A stretch of DNA of 64,000 bases from Octopus vulgaris (Eukaryota): NCBI GenBank assembly GCA_951406725.2, contig OX597830.1, positions 44,020,001-44,084,000 of the forward strand. Reading direction: 5' to 3'. This document shows positions 28,391 through 40,982 of the stretch, piece after piece. The notes below the pieces were generated by a model. The model was not told the origin of the DNA, made no database searches, and worked only from the letters and a program-made list of their open reading frames with translations. The translations under genes and the position numbers were made by a program. Each line of letters begins with the position of its first letter. Positions within the stretch are counted from its first letter, which is position 1.

Positions 28391-29173
28391 TGTGGTTTTA
28401 GGTTCAGTCCCACTGTGTAGCTATAAAAAAAAAATTGCTGAGCAAAACCTTATCAGTGGATTTGATAGAAAGAAACCCACTGTGTGTGTGCTCATGATAT
28501 CTTGTATTGACCATTGTATAATAGTTATAAGGAAACCTAACCATTGAACAATGACATTTGTTTACAATCTTCTGTAAATATAAGTTCAGTCATTATCCTG
28601 CTTGTGTTTGAAGGACTTGAGGAAATATCCCCTTTCTAGGAAACAGGCAAGTATTGATAAGAAGAAAAGAATCCCACTGTAAAAAATCTGCCTGAGTAAA
28701 TTTTGTCCAGCCTATGAAAACAGGAAAAAAATATTAAAACAACACTGCTACTGCTGTTGATGATGATATTTCACTAAATTAGAACTGATTTGGAAAACTG
28801 GCACATTTTCAAACATTACTAAAGGCAATCCACAAAATGGGCAGGAAGAGAACAGTTTGTGTTTGTCATCCACCTAGCACCCAGTCTTATACATTCTGAA
28901 TAAAATGGACAATCCAAAACTACCTTAAGGAAAAAAAATGTTAAGAAGCATCTGTGCTGGTGCCACATAAAAAGCACCCTGTACATTCTGTAAAGGAAGG
29001 GCATCCAGCCATAGGAACCATGCCAAAACTGATGATGGAGCCTGGTGCAACCCTCTGGCTTGTCAGCTCCTGTCAAACTGTCCAACCCATACCAGCATGG
29101 AAAACAGATGTTAAATGATGATGCTGAATATAAATTTGATTATTTATGATTTTTTTATAAAATTTTCTTTCAG

Positions 29174-29262
29174 TTCCCTTATCCTTTGCCCCAAGGTAAT
29201 GAACCAACAAAAACTTTGAAAAGCCTTGTCAATATTCGTAAGGATACTCTACGGTTTGTACG
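29174..29262 (+). CDS. MGRN1: MGRN1-like exon 3
   Basis: TTTCAG acceptor, GTAAGA donor. FPYPLPQGNEPTKTLKSLVNIRKDTLRFVR; 89 nt. Not in the ORF track. Confidence 0.95.
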
Positions 29263-29429
29263 GTAAGAAATTTCTCCTTTATAATAAAAAATTTTTTCAA
29301 ATACATCTTTTCTATATCATATTTAAGACTCCTCAACTGAAACCAAAATAGTTCTCTTTTTCTTTTCTCTGTGTTTTAGAAATTAAAATAAAAGGAATAA
29401 TCTCCTTCAATATTGTTTCTGTAGCTAAA

Positions 29430-29722
29430 GTGAAACTAATAAGAGAAACTATTGAAGCAAGGAGATGGAAATGGCTGAGTTGAGTTTATCACTATAAACC
29501 AAACTCAGTTGTCAGGATCACTTTGCAATGAGTTCCACAAGGTAAAAAAAGATGTGGCTGACCAAAGGAAACGTGGCAAAGAATAATAACAAAAGATCTT
29601 AAAGGCAGAAGATTAACAATGGAACAAGCTGTCAAGGACACACTCAGTGTTAGAAAGTGGAATGATCTTGCTGTTGTCTCCAGTGTCACAAGGCACAATG
29701 AGAACCGAATGAATGAATGAAT
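29430..29722 (+). mobile_element. RTE-type LINE 3' end with (GAAT)n tail
   Basis: RRWKWL...PQGKKRCG*PKETWQR, followed by GAATGAATGAATGA. Confidence 0.7.
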
Positions 29723-29888
29723 ATAACTATTTACTTCAGCCTACCTTTAAGAAGAATGTAAATTTATTTTTTGAGTTTTTTTTTTTTCCAATTAAATGAA
29801 GTTTTTATCAGGTTTTATTGCTAATGATATTTCCTTCATCATAAGACATAGTGTTTAATTTTTATTATTTTTCCTTTTATCATTCTAG

Positions 29889-30047
29889 TATCAATGATGC
29901 TGAAAAAGTTCCTCTAGATTCTACTGATGTGGATCCACCTTTAAATTATTTTCGTTACAATATTGAATTCACATTCGATTCTGATGTAAAATGTGCAATT
30001 ACTATTTATTATTTTGCAATGGAAGAAATCAACAATGGTCAATTAGT
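29889..30047 (+). CDS. MGRN1: MGRN1-like exon 4
   Basis: TAG acceptor, GTGAGT donor. INDAEKV...YNIEFTFDSDVKCAITIYYFAMEEINNGQLV; phase 2-2. Confidence 0.93.
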
Positions 30048-30276
30048 GTGAGTTATGTTTTTTTTGTTTTAAATCTTTTTTTCACTATTGTTACCTTACA
30101 GTTGTTTCAGTCGTTGGACTATGGCCATGCTGGAGCACTGCATTGAAGGCTTAGTCAACCAGATCAATCTTGGTATTTTTTTTTTTGCAACCTGGCACTT
30201 ATTCTATTGGTTTCTACTGATGAACTACTAAGTTACAGGAATGTAAACAAACTCACACATACATTCATATATATAT

Positions 30277-31140
30277 CATCATCATCATCGTTTAACATCC
30301 GCTTTCCATGCTAGCATGGGTTTGGATGATTTGTCTGAGGACTGGCAAACCAGATGGCTGTACCAGACTCCAATCTGATCTGGCAGAGTTTTTACAGTTG
30401 GATGCCCTTCCTAATGCTAACCACTCCAAGAAAGTAGTGGCTGCTTTTACATGCCACCTGCACGAGGGCCAGTCAGGCGGTACTCGCAGCGGCTACGCTC
30501 AAATGGTGCTTTTCATGTGCCACCTGCACAGGAGCCAGTCCAGTGGCACTGGCAATGACCTCACTCAGATGTTTTTTTTACGTGCCAGTAAGGTGATGTA
30601 GGTAACAATCACACTCGAATGGTGCTGTTTACGTGCCATCGGCACGGAGGCCAGCTTGTTGCTCTGGCAGCGATCATGCTCGTATGGTACTCTTAGCACC
30701 CCACTAGCACGGATGCCAGTCATCGAATTTGATTTCAATTTCGATTTCACTTGCCTCAACAGGTCTTCGCAAGCAGAGTTTAGTATCTAAATGAAGAAAA
30801 GGTACATATAAGTGGGCTGGTTACACCCTTGGCATAGACCACAAGGTTATGGTCTCCCTTGAGCTTGCCAAGTCTTCTCAAGCACAGCATACTTCTAAAG
30901 GTCCCGGTCACTAGTCATTGTCTCCCATGCTTCACTACCTCATCCCAGGTCTTCTTGGGTCTACCTCTTCCACAAGATCCCTCAACCGCTAGGGTGTGGC
31001 ACTTTTTCACACAGCTATCCACATCCATTCTCGCCACATGGCCATACCAGCGCAGTCATCTCTCTTGCACACCACATCTGATGCTTCTTAGGTCCAACTT
31101 TTCTCTCAAAGTGCTAACACTCTGTCAAGTATGCACATGC
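30277..31140 (-). mobile_element. RTE-clade LINE 3' fragment with long repeat-bearing 3' UTR and (GAT)n tail
   Basis: Minus strand encodes LRWYGHVARMDVDSCVKKCHTLAVEGSCGRGRPKKTWDEVVK, followed by a UTR with ~60-bp subrepeats. Confidence 0.88.
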
Positions 31141-31173
31141 ATACATATTTCATATATCAAAATAAATATAACA

Positions 31174-31217
<44 letters not shown>

Positions 31218-31539
31218 CACACACACATACGTATATATATATAGCTTCTTTCAGTTTCTGTCCATCAAATCCACTCACAAAGTGTTGGTTAGCCCAGGGC
31301 TATTGTAGAAAACTCTTACCCAAGATCACAAAGTATAGAAGCAAGTTTCTTAACCACACAGCTATGAATTTACAATTATCAAATATATTCAAATTAAAAA
31401 CAAAAAATCAGTTGTATGGAGAATGGAGAAAACTCAACTTATATCGATGAAACCATCTTTCAGTACTATATTTAAGACATGAGGAATCATGTACATTATT
31501 TACATTTGACAGATATTTGTCCTCATCTTGTTTGTTGTT

Positions 31540-31582
31540 AACACATTTCGGCTGATATACTCTCCAGCCTTCATCAGGTGCC
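31540..31582 (-). ncRNA. Minimal type I hammerhead ribozyme motif (stem III damaged)
   Basis: GGCAC-CTGATGA-A-GGCTG-gagagtatat-CAGCC-GAAA-TGTGTT. Intact CUGAUGA and GAAA cores and a 5-bp stem II. Confidence 0.75.
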
Positions 31583-31642
31583 TTGGGGAATTTCGAACCT
31601 GGGTTCTCATACTTTGGGTATTTTTTGATATTATTATTATTC

Positions 31643-31716
31643 AGGTCACTGCCTCGAATTGAACTTGGAATCTTGGGGTTAGTAGCCTGCACTCTTAACC
31701 ACTATGCCATATGCTC
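31643..31716 (-). other. tRNA-like Pol III A/B-box cassette inside the Penelope pLTR
   Basis: A box TGGCATAGTGG, anticodon-arm-like GGCTACTAACC, B-box-like GTTCAATTC. A homologous cassette lies at ~18505-18565. Confidence 0.7.
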
Positions 31717-32185
31717 ATGGGCAATTATGGAGTGAATTTTAGGGCTTATAAATCTAATATTTTCCTATCCTTAATATGCTACTCATATCTGCACTCAGTT
31801 TGCTTAGGAGATTGTTGTGTCCTAGGGTATGTGCTGCTTCTTTTAGTTTTCGTATTTTCTAGTGGTGTTCTCTGTCTATTATTTTAACTTCATCCCACAG
31901 GAGGAGGTGGTATCCATTTTTCCATACATAATCAGTAATATCTGATTTATCAATATCTCATCATGTCACAGCTTTGCGATGTTCCTCTACCCTTATTTTG
32001 AGGGGCGGCACGTTTCCCCTTTGTATAACCTACCACAGCTGCATGGGATGGAATACACCCAGTCTTTGGTCATATTCTCTTCTATTGGTGGTTTTACTCA
32101 AAGGAGATATTTGTGAAGTGTTAATAATAATAATAACATCGAAAAATACCTTAGGAATGAGAACCCAGGTTCGAAATTTCCCCAA

Positions 32186-32231
32186 GACACCTGATGAAGG
32201 CTGGAGGGTATATCAGCCAAAATGTTGTGCT
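32186..32231 (+). ncRNA. Hammerhead ribozyme motif, second copy (GAAA mutated to AAAA)
   Basis: GACAC-CTGATGA-A-GGCTG-gagggtatat-CAGCC-AAAA-TGTT-GTGC. The core and stem III changes are CpG-type transitions from CGAAACGTT. Confidence 0.65.
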
Positions 32232-32675
32232 AATAACAAACAAGATGAAGACAAATATCCATCAAATATAAATAATGAAGCCATCTTTATTATGAACTTT
32301 CACTTTACTATTGTGTCTTTGTGTTTTCACATTTTGAAAGCAGTTTAGTTTCAGATCCTCTATGATTCAATAGAACAATGAAGGATCTTCATGCCTAGAC
32401 CACTACCAAGATCATTCTGTCTTTGATTAAGCTATAATGTATCCAGGATTACACTATCTTCAAAGAATAAATCTGCTTTTCTTTTTTTTATGATGGTAGA
32501 GTATAATTTGAGAGTGATTTGGCTGCTAGATTTAGCATGGCAAATGACCACATAGAAACCTCCCCACTTTTGCTTATTCGTTATTGATAGACTAACGTCT
32601 CATGTTTTTCCTTTTCTTTTTTTTCTTTTTCTTTTTATTGTTTTTACAAACAGCCTTATTTGAAATTCTTTGCAG

Positions 32676-32793
32676 TTATCACCCTCGGGATGCATCAATG
32701 AATTCTGAAACTTATCATTACAAGAGGGGAGCAAATCAAGTATTCTGTCAGTCAACTCATGTAATTGATCCTAGCAAATTTTCAGAAGAAGAA
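32676..32793 (+). CDS. MGRN1: MGRN1-like exon 5
   Basis: TGCAG acceptor, GTGAGT donor. YHPRDASMNSETYHYKRGANQVFCQSTHVIDPSKFSEEE; 118 nt. Confidence 0.94.
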
Positions 32794-33479
32794 GTGAGTT
32801 TTGTTTATTCATTTTATGAAAATCATTTCGGTTCTATTCCTTTCCTGCTATCTTGTTTTAGAGCTGATATTATCTATTTAACTCTTAAGCTTTCAGATTG
32901 CTCTGTCAAATGTAATGCTTATTTATTCACATTGTTTTGAGCTAATTGAATATTATCTTGTAACTTCAAGACTTAAACGATGCAATTATTTATTTCTAAA
33001 ATTACATTGCAGGGTAGGTGTGAGAGGACACATTTGGCTACCTTGAACAAAAAAATAGGTAGAATATTTTGACTGGATATGGCCAGTATAAACATCAAAA
33101 GATTATGAATGCTTTTAAATATTAACTTTATTGAAATAATATAACAGTTTTGTTTCTTTTTTTATGATTTTTCTTGTCATTTATTTTTCATTGGTTGTTT
33201 GATTACCTTTAAAAAAATTAAGCAAACTGTAAAACCTAGCCCAAGAATTTATTCAAATTTTCAAACCTCTTCAGCCACTCTTTCTCACATGTGCACATAT
33301 ATGTACCCTTGTACACTATCTCTTAGACATTCATACAACTTTACCCTCTCTCTCACATAATTATATTTGAAAAATTTAAAGGATAACAGTCATTCAATTG
33401 ATCTTAAGCTTAGAGCAATCCTCTCTAATGTTATTCAGTTAATAGTTGGTAACTTATTAAATATTAAGGCGGTGAGCAT

Positions 33480-33683
33480 TATTGGCACAAGGTCTGAAAT
33501 TTTGAGGGGAGGGGCTAGTTGATTGCATCAACCCCAGTACTTTACTGGTACTTATTTTTTGAACCTGAAAGGTTGGAAGGCAAAGCTGACCTCAGTGGAA
33601 TTTGAACTTAGAATGTAAAGACAGATGAAATGCTGCTAACCATTTCATTTGGCATGCTAATGATTCTGCCAGCTTGCTGCCTT

Positions 33684-33728
<45 letters not shown>

Positions 33729-34188
33729 CCTTTCTGCTATAGGCACAAAGCCTGAAATTTTGGGGGAGGGGGTTAAGTCGATTAGATCAACCCCAGTACT
33801 CAATTGGTACTTATACTATCGACCTCTGAAAGGATGAAAGGCAAAGTTGACCTCAGTAGAATTTGAACTCAAAATGTAAAGACAGACAAAATGCTGCAAA
33901 GCTTTTCACCTGGCGTGCTAACGGATCTGCCAGCTCACCGCCTTAATAATAATTATAATAATCTTTTCTATTATAGACACAAAGCCTGAAATTTTGGGGG
34001 AGTGTGAGGGGGCAGTCAATTAGATTGACTCCAATACACAACTGGTATTTAATTTATTGACCTCAAAAAGATGAAAGGCAAAGTTGACCTCGGCAGGATT
34101 TGAACTCAGAACGTAGTGACAGATGAAATACCTCTAAGCATTTTGTCTGGCATGCTAATGGTTCTGCCAGCCCACCGCCTTGATGATG

Positions 34189-34220
<32 letters not shown>
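33480..34220 (-). mobile_element. Three tandem family C SINEs separated by (AAT)n
   Basis: Units at ~33480-33684, 33728-33945 and 33963-34181. Confidence 0.85.
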
Positions 34221-34221
<1 letters not shown>

Positions 34222-34568
34222 TCTCTGCACAAAGATGTCCCTGATAAATCTCACTCCACTACAACTCATCTTCCCAACACCTCCCTCTCTCAACCCATGT
34301 TCCTCACTCACTACATTTCTATCCCTTCTATCTTTCTCTTGCACTCTCACAAAGTTACCTGTTTAATCACTCTATCCAATTCACTTATATACACCTTTCT
34401 GTAACTTGACATAATATATAGAATTGTATCTATGTTTTTAGTCTCACTTTGAATTTAAGCCCTTTTTGGCAATAGGATTGAACCATTCAGTTCTATTATT
34501 ACAGTTTATCAGGAATTGCTCACCTCTCTCTCTTCTTTACTCACACTTCTGATGATTGTAGTGGAAAG

Positions 34569-34953
34569 CTACCTTATATACTTGGCTACAAGTCACACTT
34601 TTTTCCCTGAAACTTTTACCTAAAGTTAGGGGTGTAACTTATAAGTGAATCCTATAAAAAGAATCTTTAGATAATTTCTAGGTACAAGCCACACCTGAAA
34701 TTTGAATAACTGTAAAGGATAAAATTTTACATTATAAACAACGGTTTCTAAAATGCATGAACTTAATGAGATAATGGTTGTTGTAAGTCATCTTCAGGTT
34801 ACTGAAAGCTTAGTTACTGAACAACTATGTCAGCACAATTCCTAATTAAACTTTGCTCTCCAACACTAAAAAAGTCGCTGAGACATATAGTCAGATCAAT
34901 GATAAAATACCGTGTTATTGGCAAGGGCATTTTATAGTCGAGTATATACAGTA
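34569..34953. mobile_element. pogo/Tc2-like MITE remnant
   Basis: TACCTTATATACTTGGCTACAA ... TTATAGTCGAGTATATACAGTA ends. A similar element lies at ~42872-43072. Confidence 0.5.
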
Positions 34954-35033
34954 TTTATCAAAATATAAATAAGACTAAGTTTATGGCACATACATGTCTC
35001 TTTATTACTGTTATGTTTATGTTGATTAAATTA

Positions 35034-36233
35034 CAGGATGCGCAAGGTATTTGAGGACATGCCTTTTTTGGGTTATTACTGCATTTTTTGCTAACTCTAT
35101 ATAATCTTTGTTTCAGAAAATAATAATGTCAGACCCTCAGCTTACTCAAGAAAGGAAGAGGCATGCTGTTATGGTTATAAAGGCTGAGCATAGTGATTTA
35201 GAAATATCTTGATTTTTATAAGTTGCCAGATCTTTCATCTACAAAGTTTGTAAGGAGCCAGAGACTGGAGAGGGAAACGTATCACCAGTATCAAAGCATA
35301 AAAGTATTCTAAATGCTCTGAAATCATCAGAACACCTGAATTTATCTAATAAGTTCAACTGACCATTGATTACAATCCCAGAAAGCCCATGAGGTCAATT
35401 GCAAAAGATCTCCATGTGTCAGAAGGAACAGTCAGAAATGTTGTCTATGAAGACATCAGATATCTATATTATGAAGAAAGATCAATTTGTCAGAAAAAGC
35501 AAAAGAAAATCACTACATCAGATCTAGAAGGCTCTTAAACTAAAAAATCTAGCAGAATTGATTTGTGTTTTCTCAAATGAGAAAAACTTTGGCCAGGATC
35601 AAACAGTTAACAGAAGAAATGACAGATGGTTATGTGCAGACTCTTCTGAAGTTCCATATAATATTTCCTGCAACTGTCATGGTTTTAGGGGTTATCAGCA
35701 ATGAAGGACATGTAATGCCTCCTTACTTCTTACCACAAGGCCTTAGAGTTAACTCTGCTGCCTACATTGAGGTCCTGGAAATAATTAAGCCCTGGATAGG
35801 CAGTGTATGCAATGGAAGGCCATGTGTTTCAGCAAGACTCTGCTCAGGGACGGTTGGCTGAAAATTTTCATGATCACATAACCCCTAATATTTGGCTTCC
35901 TAATTCCCCAGATCTCAATCCATTGGACTATTGCATGTAAAGCATTGTTGAGGGAGATGTCAATGAACATGCCCATAACACTAAAGATTCTATGAAAGCT
36001 GCCATAGTCAGAGTAATGTCCAAAATAAACCAGGATCACTTGATTCGAGCTTGTAGATGATTTAGATCTCACATAGAAGCAGTTGTTGAAGCTGAAGGTG
36101 ACTTTATTGAATAACATTATAGAAAAGGTTTATTCTTATCCTCATAGCATTTTTTGATAAATAAAGATATTATCTGTTATTATATATATATATATTTTAT
36201 AAATATTTGTCCTCAAATGTCTTATGCACCCTG
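35034..36233 (+). mobile_element. Decayed Tc1/mariner (maT/DD37D-like) transposon with TIRs
   Basis: TA|CAGGATGCGCAAGGTATTTGAGGACA ... TGTCCTCAAATGTCTTATGCACCCTG|TA. Relic motifs VMVLGVISNEGHVMPP and PNSPDLNPLDY. Confidence 0.88.
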
Positions 36234-36339
36234 TATTTAAAATGTCAACTGTAATAAATTTGGTAATTTTTGTTTTTATTTTGTTTTCTTCTTATCTCAT
36301 TTAACTTTGTTTTCTTTTAAATTTTGTCTGTGCTTTTAG

Positions 36340-36403
36340 TGGCAGTATAATCCAGATAAAGAAGTAATTCCAGTTGTTATTCAGTGTATTGTGGAAGAAG
36401 AAG
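36340..36403 (+). CDS. MGRN1: MGRN1-like exon 6
   Basis: TTTTAG acceptor, GTTAGG donor. WQYNPDKEVIPVVIQCIVEEE; 64 nt, phase 0-1. Confidence 0.9.
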
Positions 36404-38734
36404 GTTAGGAAATGCATAAATTATTCATAAATTTGTGTATGTTTGTTTGTGTGAGAGGAACCAAAGATATCTTTGAAAGTTCATTTTTATTCTCAGTTTA
36501 CTTTTTGCAGCCCAGTTTGTTTCCACTACAGGATAGATGACTTCAGTCTTTCTTCACTTTTGGTTTCTGTTTTCTTCTATATTTCTTACTTTGAAATTGA
36601 ATATACAATGGTATGCTGTGCTTGAGAAGACCTGGCAAGCTAAGTGAGACTATAATCGTAACTGTGGCCTATACCAGTGCAGCATAACCAGCCCATTTAA
36701 GAGTACCCTTCGAACATTGGGCAATAAATTGCGCTTGCAAAGACCTATTGAGGCAAGGGAAATTGTAGTCGTGGCCAATGACAGTACTGCCTGATTGGCA
36801 TGTAAAAAGCACCATCCAAGCATGGTCAAGCCAGTACTGCCTCACTGGTCCCATGCCAGTGGCATGTAAAAAGCACCATTTGAGCGTGGTCATTCCTTCA
36901 ACAACTGCTTCTATGTGAGTGCTGCCTGACTGACCCCCGTGCCTTTGGCATGTAAAAAGCACCATCTGAGTGTGATTGTTCTCAGTGCTGCCTGACTGGC
37001 CTTCATGCTGGTGGCATGTAAAAAGCACCCACTACACCCTCGGAGTGGTTGGCATTAGGAAGGGCATCCAGCTGTAGAAACTTTGCCAGATCGGACTGGA
37101 GCCTGGTGCAGCCTCCGGCTTGCCTGCCCTCAGTCAAATCGTCCAACTCATACCAGCAAGGAAAGTAGACGCTAAACAACGATGATGATGAATGGTACAA
37201 CATAGAAATATTAAGTAGTTAATTGTGTGGATGGTGTACCAGCTTGTTGACTAATGGGTCAACTGTTCATATCCCATTATTATTGTTGTATTGTGTTTCT
37301 ATTAAAGGTACTTAAATTCTCATTGCCTCGCCTTGAACTTCCAGCCCTGTATCCTTCTTTCAATTACCTCAGAAAGATGAAGTATTGTTGTATTTATCAC
37401 AAGTACATGTAAAAATAGTGCAGTATTCTTTTATATTTAGTTTTAATCATTGGACTGTGGCTATGCTGGAGCACTGCTTTGAAGGGTTTAGTGGAATAAA
37501 GTGACTTCCAGCACTTACTCTATTGATCTTTGTTTTGCTGAGCTGCTTTCTTACCAGGGCATAAACAAATCAACATCAGTTTATGTTAGATCAGTAAAGA
37601 AGTTTTAGTTAGCAGGAAAACAGACTGAATTCTGCTGTCATCAGGGATATGGCACAGAATTCTATTGCCATTAGGGAAATGGCTATGGTTGATATGCAGA
37701 AGAGGAGTCAGTTATATTTGCTGTGCCTAGTGTAAACTATGGGTGCACAAAAGATGTGCTGGCATCACAGTCCTTCTGACAGAGAAGGACTTTGAATTAG
37801 CAAATGCACAAGAGTAGACAACAATGACAACCCAACAAAATGAATTTCTTCAAATGCTTGGAAGATTCCCTAAAAGTAATTGACAATTTCTGCTACTCAA
37901 GCGGGTGTTTTGAGAATAAGAACAGGATGGAAATATATTGGAATTATCTCTGCTGGCATCAAAGGAATTCTGTCTCCAAATGAAGGGCATATTATGTGAG
38001 GTTTTGTGTACAGATTTGCTAGCTAGACTAATTTGTATATTGTTCATCTGTTGGCACTCTGATTAAATTATTAATAAATATTTTATGCACAAAGAGCTTA
38101 TGTTAAAAAATTCTAAAATAAATTCGATCTAGTTAGACTACAATTAATACCCTTGTTGTAGAATGTAAACAACTGTAAAAAAAACATATTTGTCTCTCTT
38201 TTTCTCTCCCTTTTCACACAGAAAAATAAAGGAGATTATCCTGACATATTTCATGCACCTGTCATGGTTTTAGGGGTTGTCAGCAATGAAGTTGGCCACT
38301 TGTCTCAGAATATATACTCTTCATTCTTTTGCTCATGAAGAAAATTCATAGTAAATGTAATTTCTCTCTCTCTTTCTTATATATGGTGGATTTCTGGAAA
38401 GTTTCCATCTACTAAAGCCTACTTACAAGATATTTGTCAACCCAAAACTGTAACGGAAGAGATTTGCTAAAGATGCTGCACTATGGAATTCTGTATGCTA
38501 CATTGTTGTAGAGCCAAACTTCTTAGACAACCACATCTTTGCTTATTTTATAAGCACACAGCCATACTATTGTCTAATATTCTTTTTTTTTTAATTATAT
38601 CATCCACAGTACTTAATTAATACTTAAAAGACTCTGTGTGCCTTAACATTGTTAATCATTGATAACTTTAATCCTCTATTTTTGTCTTATTTTTATCCAG
38701 ACTAATGTATCTGTTTGTTTACTTTACATTCTAG

Positions 38735-38895
38735 AGCACATTGGTCATTCTCATGTCACATTTGCAATGGTTGAGAGAAATTCTGACAGTGGTTATGTGT
38801 TAAAACCTCTTAAACAAAAACAGTGTGTTGGTGGTTTATGTTATTTACTACAAGAAATCTATGGAATAGAAAATAAGAACCTGGAAAGATCTAAA
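38735..38895 (+). CDS. MGRN1: MGRN1-like exon 7
   Basis: CTAG acceptor, GTAATT donor. HIGHSHVTFAMVERNSDSGYVLKPLKQKQCVGGLCYLLQEIYGIENKNLERSK, with the family LQEIYGIE motif. Confidence 0.95.
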
Positions 38896-39858
38896 GTAAT
38901 TTATTTTGTTTTTCTCTGTTTTTTTTTTATATGAGTGTTAATTTGTTCATTATATGCTGATTCTTTTTTTTTTTTTTTACAATTTTAATATTAAAAATTT
39001 TAAACTTAAGAGTCTCCGTCAGCAAGTGAGCTTAGTTTTTAACCCAAATTAAATTCTTGAGTGAACAGTCTTTGATGTCTCTGGAAAAACATCACAAGTT
39101 ACCAACTTTAGTTCAATTTAAAATCTTGCATTTCATGTGCCTGAAAGAAACACTATACTAAACTGGAAATGTAAAGAGCATCAATTAAAGTAATCTATGT
39201 GTTGAATTTCATAAAATATTTTCTATTTTAAAATCTTGCATACTAGGTTGCTTCCTTGTGAAAAAAATGAAAGAATGATGTTCATAAAAGGATTAATTTA
39301 TAATATCAAGTTTTACATTATTTTCATCTTTAAAGAAATCAAGGGATATTTAAATATTTTAGTTATTTTTTCAAAATTTCTATTTAGGTTTTAAAAAAAG
39401 GTCTATTTTAATTAGAAGTAATTACTTCCTTTGATAAAATTTAGACCTTTTGTTACCATGTTGATGATGATTTCAATTGATTTTAAATATAAGAAAGAAT
39501 TTAGTAAAATAACTTAGTTATCATTCAGCTAGTGTTAGGAACATAAATTGTGATTAAAGTTTGGTGGCAGATTTTAAGTTAGAACTTTTGAAAACAAGAC
39601 ATTTGTACTACAGAGCCAGAGGCGGTTTCAGGTGGGTTGGTATGAAAAGGGTTAAACCTATTTAAAATTAATTTGTTTTTTTTTAAACAGTTTTTTTTTT
39701 ATACTAAAAATATTTAAGATTTAAATAAGTATTAATAACAGCAGAAAGTAAAAAACCTAGTTTATCCTCATTTATAAAGATATAGTTTTGTAAAATGAAA
39801 TATTTAATTTTCAATCATATTTAAAAAATTTCTTCACATTTTGAATTTAAACTTACAG

Positions 39859-40086
39859 CTGGATACCGATGAAGACATTGAAGATACTGGATCTGAATGT
39901 GTAATATGTATGTCAGATATGCGAGATACGCTTATTTTACCTTGTCGTCACTTATGCCTATGCAATAACTGTGCAGAATCATTACGTTATCAAGCTAGTA
40001 ATTGCCCTATTTGCCGTGCACCTTTCCGTGCACTTTTACAAATTCGAGCCATGCGAAGAAAACAGATGTCTTCAAATATAACCCAG
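39859..40086 (+). CDS. MGRN1: MGRN1-like exon 8 (C3HC4 RING domain)
   Basis: TACAG acceptor, GTAAAA donor. ECVICMSDMRDTLILPCRHLCLCNNCAESLRYQASNCPICRAPFRALLQIRA. Confidence 0.97.
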
Positions 40087-40672
40087 GTAAAAGATAATGG
40101 AATCTTTTTGTATGTTATTTAATAATTCATTATGTCTCTGTTGTCCTCGTTCATTGTAAAGTGATTTTCATTACATGTTGAAGTATTACTTTATTATAAC
40201 TATATGTAAAATGTTTCAGGAAATTTATTTTGCATCTATTTCAAATTACTTCTATATATTATTTCATCTGAAATGAATGAAAAATTATATAATTTTGAGA
40301 ACGTAAACCATTAACATTATGTAATATCTCTTTATGTTGTCCAAAACATATTCTACATGGCTGAGGACTCTAAAGATCTTTTTAAATGACTTTTTGAAAT
40401 AACCAAACTGACATTATTGGAGACATTCAGCAAAACTTGGTAATTTTATCCAACATTGTTGAATTTATATTCCATATAGCCTTTTCAAAATTTTGAATGG
40501 CATCTAATGCTTTATAGTCTCACTGCATGTAAAATGATACTCTCTTCTCTTACTAATGCTGTCTTCCTCCTCCTTCATATTCAAAATTAGAAACTTACTT
40601 TTTTCCTTAAATTTTCTTTCATAGTTAATTTATAGGGTTTTGACAGTGTCTACTGTTTCAGAATCTCCTAAT

Positions 40673-40911
40673 TCTTTTACTTGTTTCAGACATTAGTCTA
40701 TGGCCATGCTGGGGCACTGCCTTGAATTTTTAGTTCAATGAATTGACTCCAGTACTTATTTCTTAAGCCTGATACTTATTCTATCAAACTCGTTTGACAA
40801 ACTGCTAAGTTGTGGGGCAGTGAACACACCAACACTGGTTGTCAAGAAATGGTGGGGGACAAATACAGACACAAAGACACGTGTGTGTGTATGCATGTAT
40901 GTGCACGCGCG

Positions 40912-40982
<71 letters not shown>

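Larger units (their letters stand above)
31460..32280 (-). mobile_element. 5'-truncated Penelope-like retroelement: decayed GIY-YIG endonuclease, 3' pseudo-LTR and an inverted partial pLTR
   Basis: Minus strand ~32121-31755 reads ...VYSIPCSCGRLYKGETCRP/KIRVEEHRKAV..KS..WDEVKIIDREHH*KIRKLKEAAH, with stops and one frameshift. This is the Penelope/Poseidon GIY-YIG pattern. 32122-32277 is an inverted copy of ~31495-31640. Confidence 0.88.

Noticed and set aside
31643-31716. Genuine tRNA gene
   Set aside because: The acceptor stem does not pair properly and it is embedded in a repeated element; the same applies to the SINE heads.
36770-37030. Regularly spaced repeats resembling a CRISPR array
   Set aside because: Whole units are homologous with no unique spacers; they are part of a eukaryotic RTE 3' UTR and no cas genes are present.
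37620-37650. CTGATGA on the minus strand (also plus strand ~14202) as a hammerhead
   Set aside because: No GAAA after a stem II.
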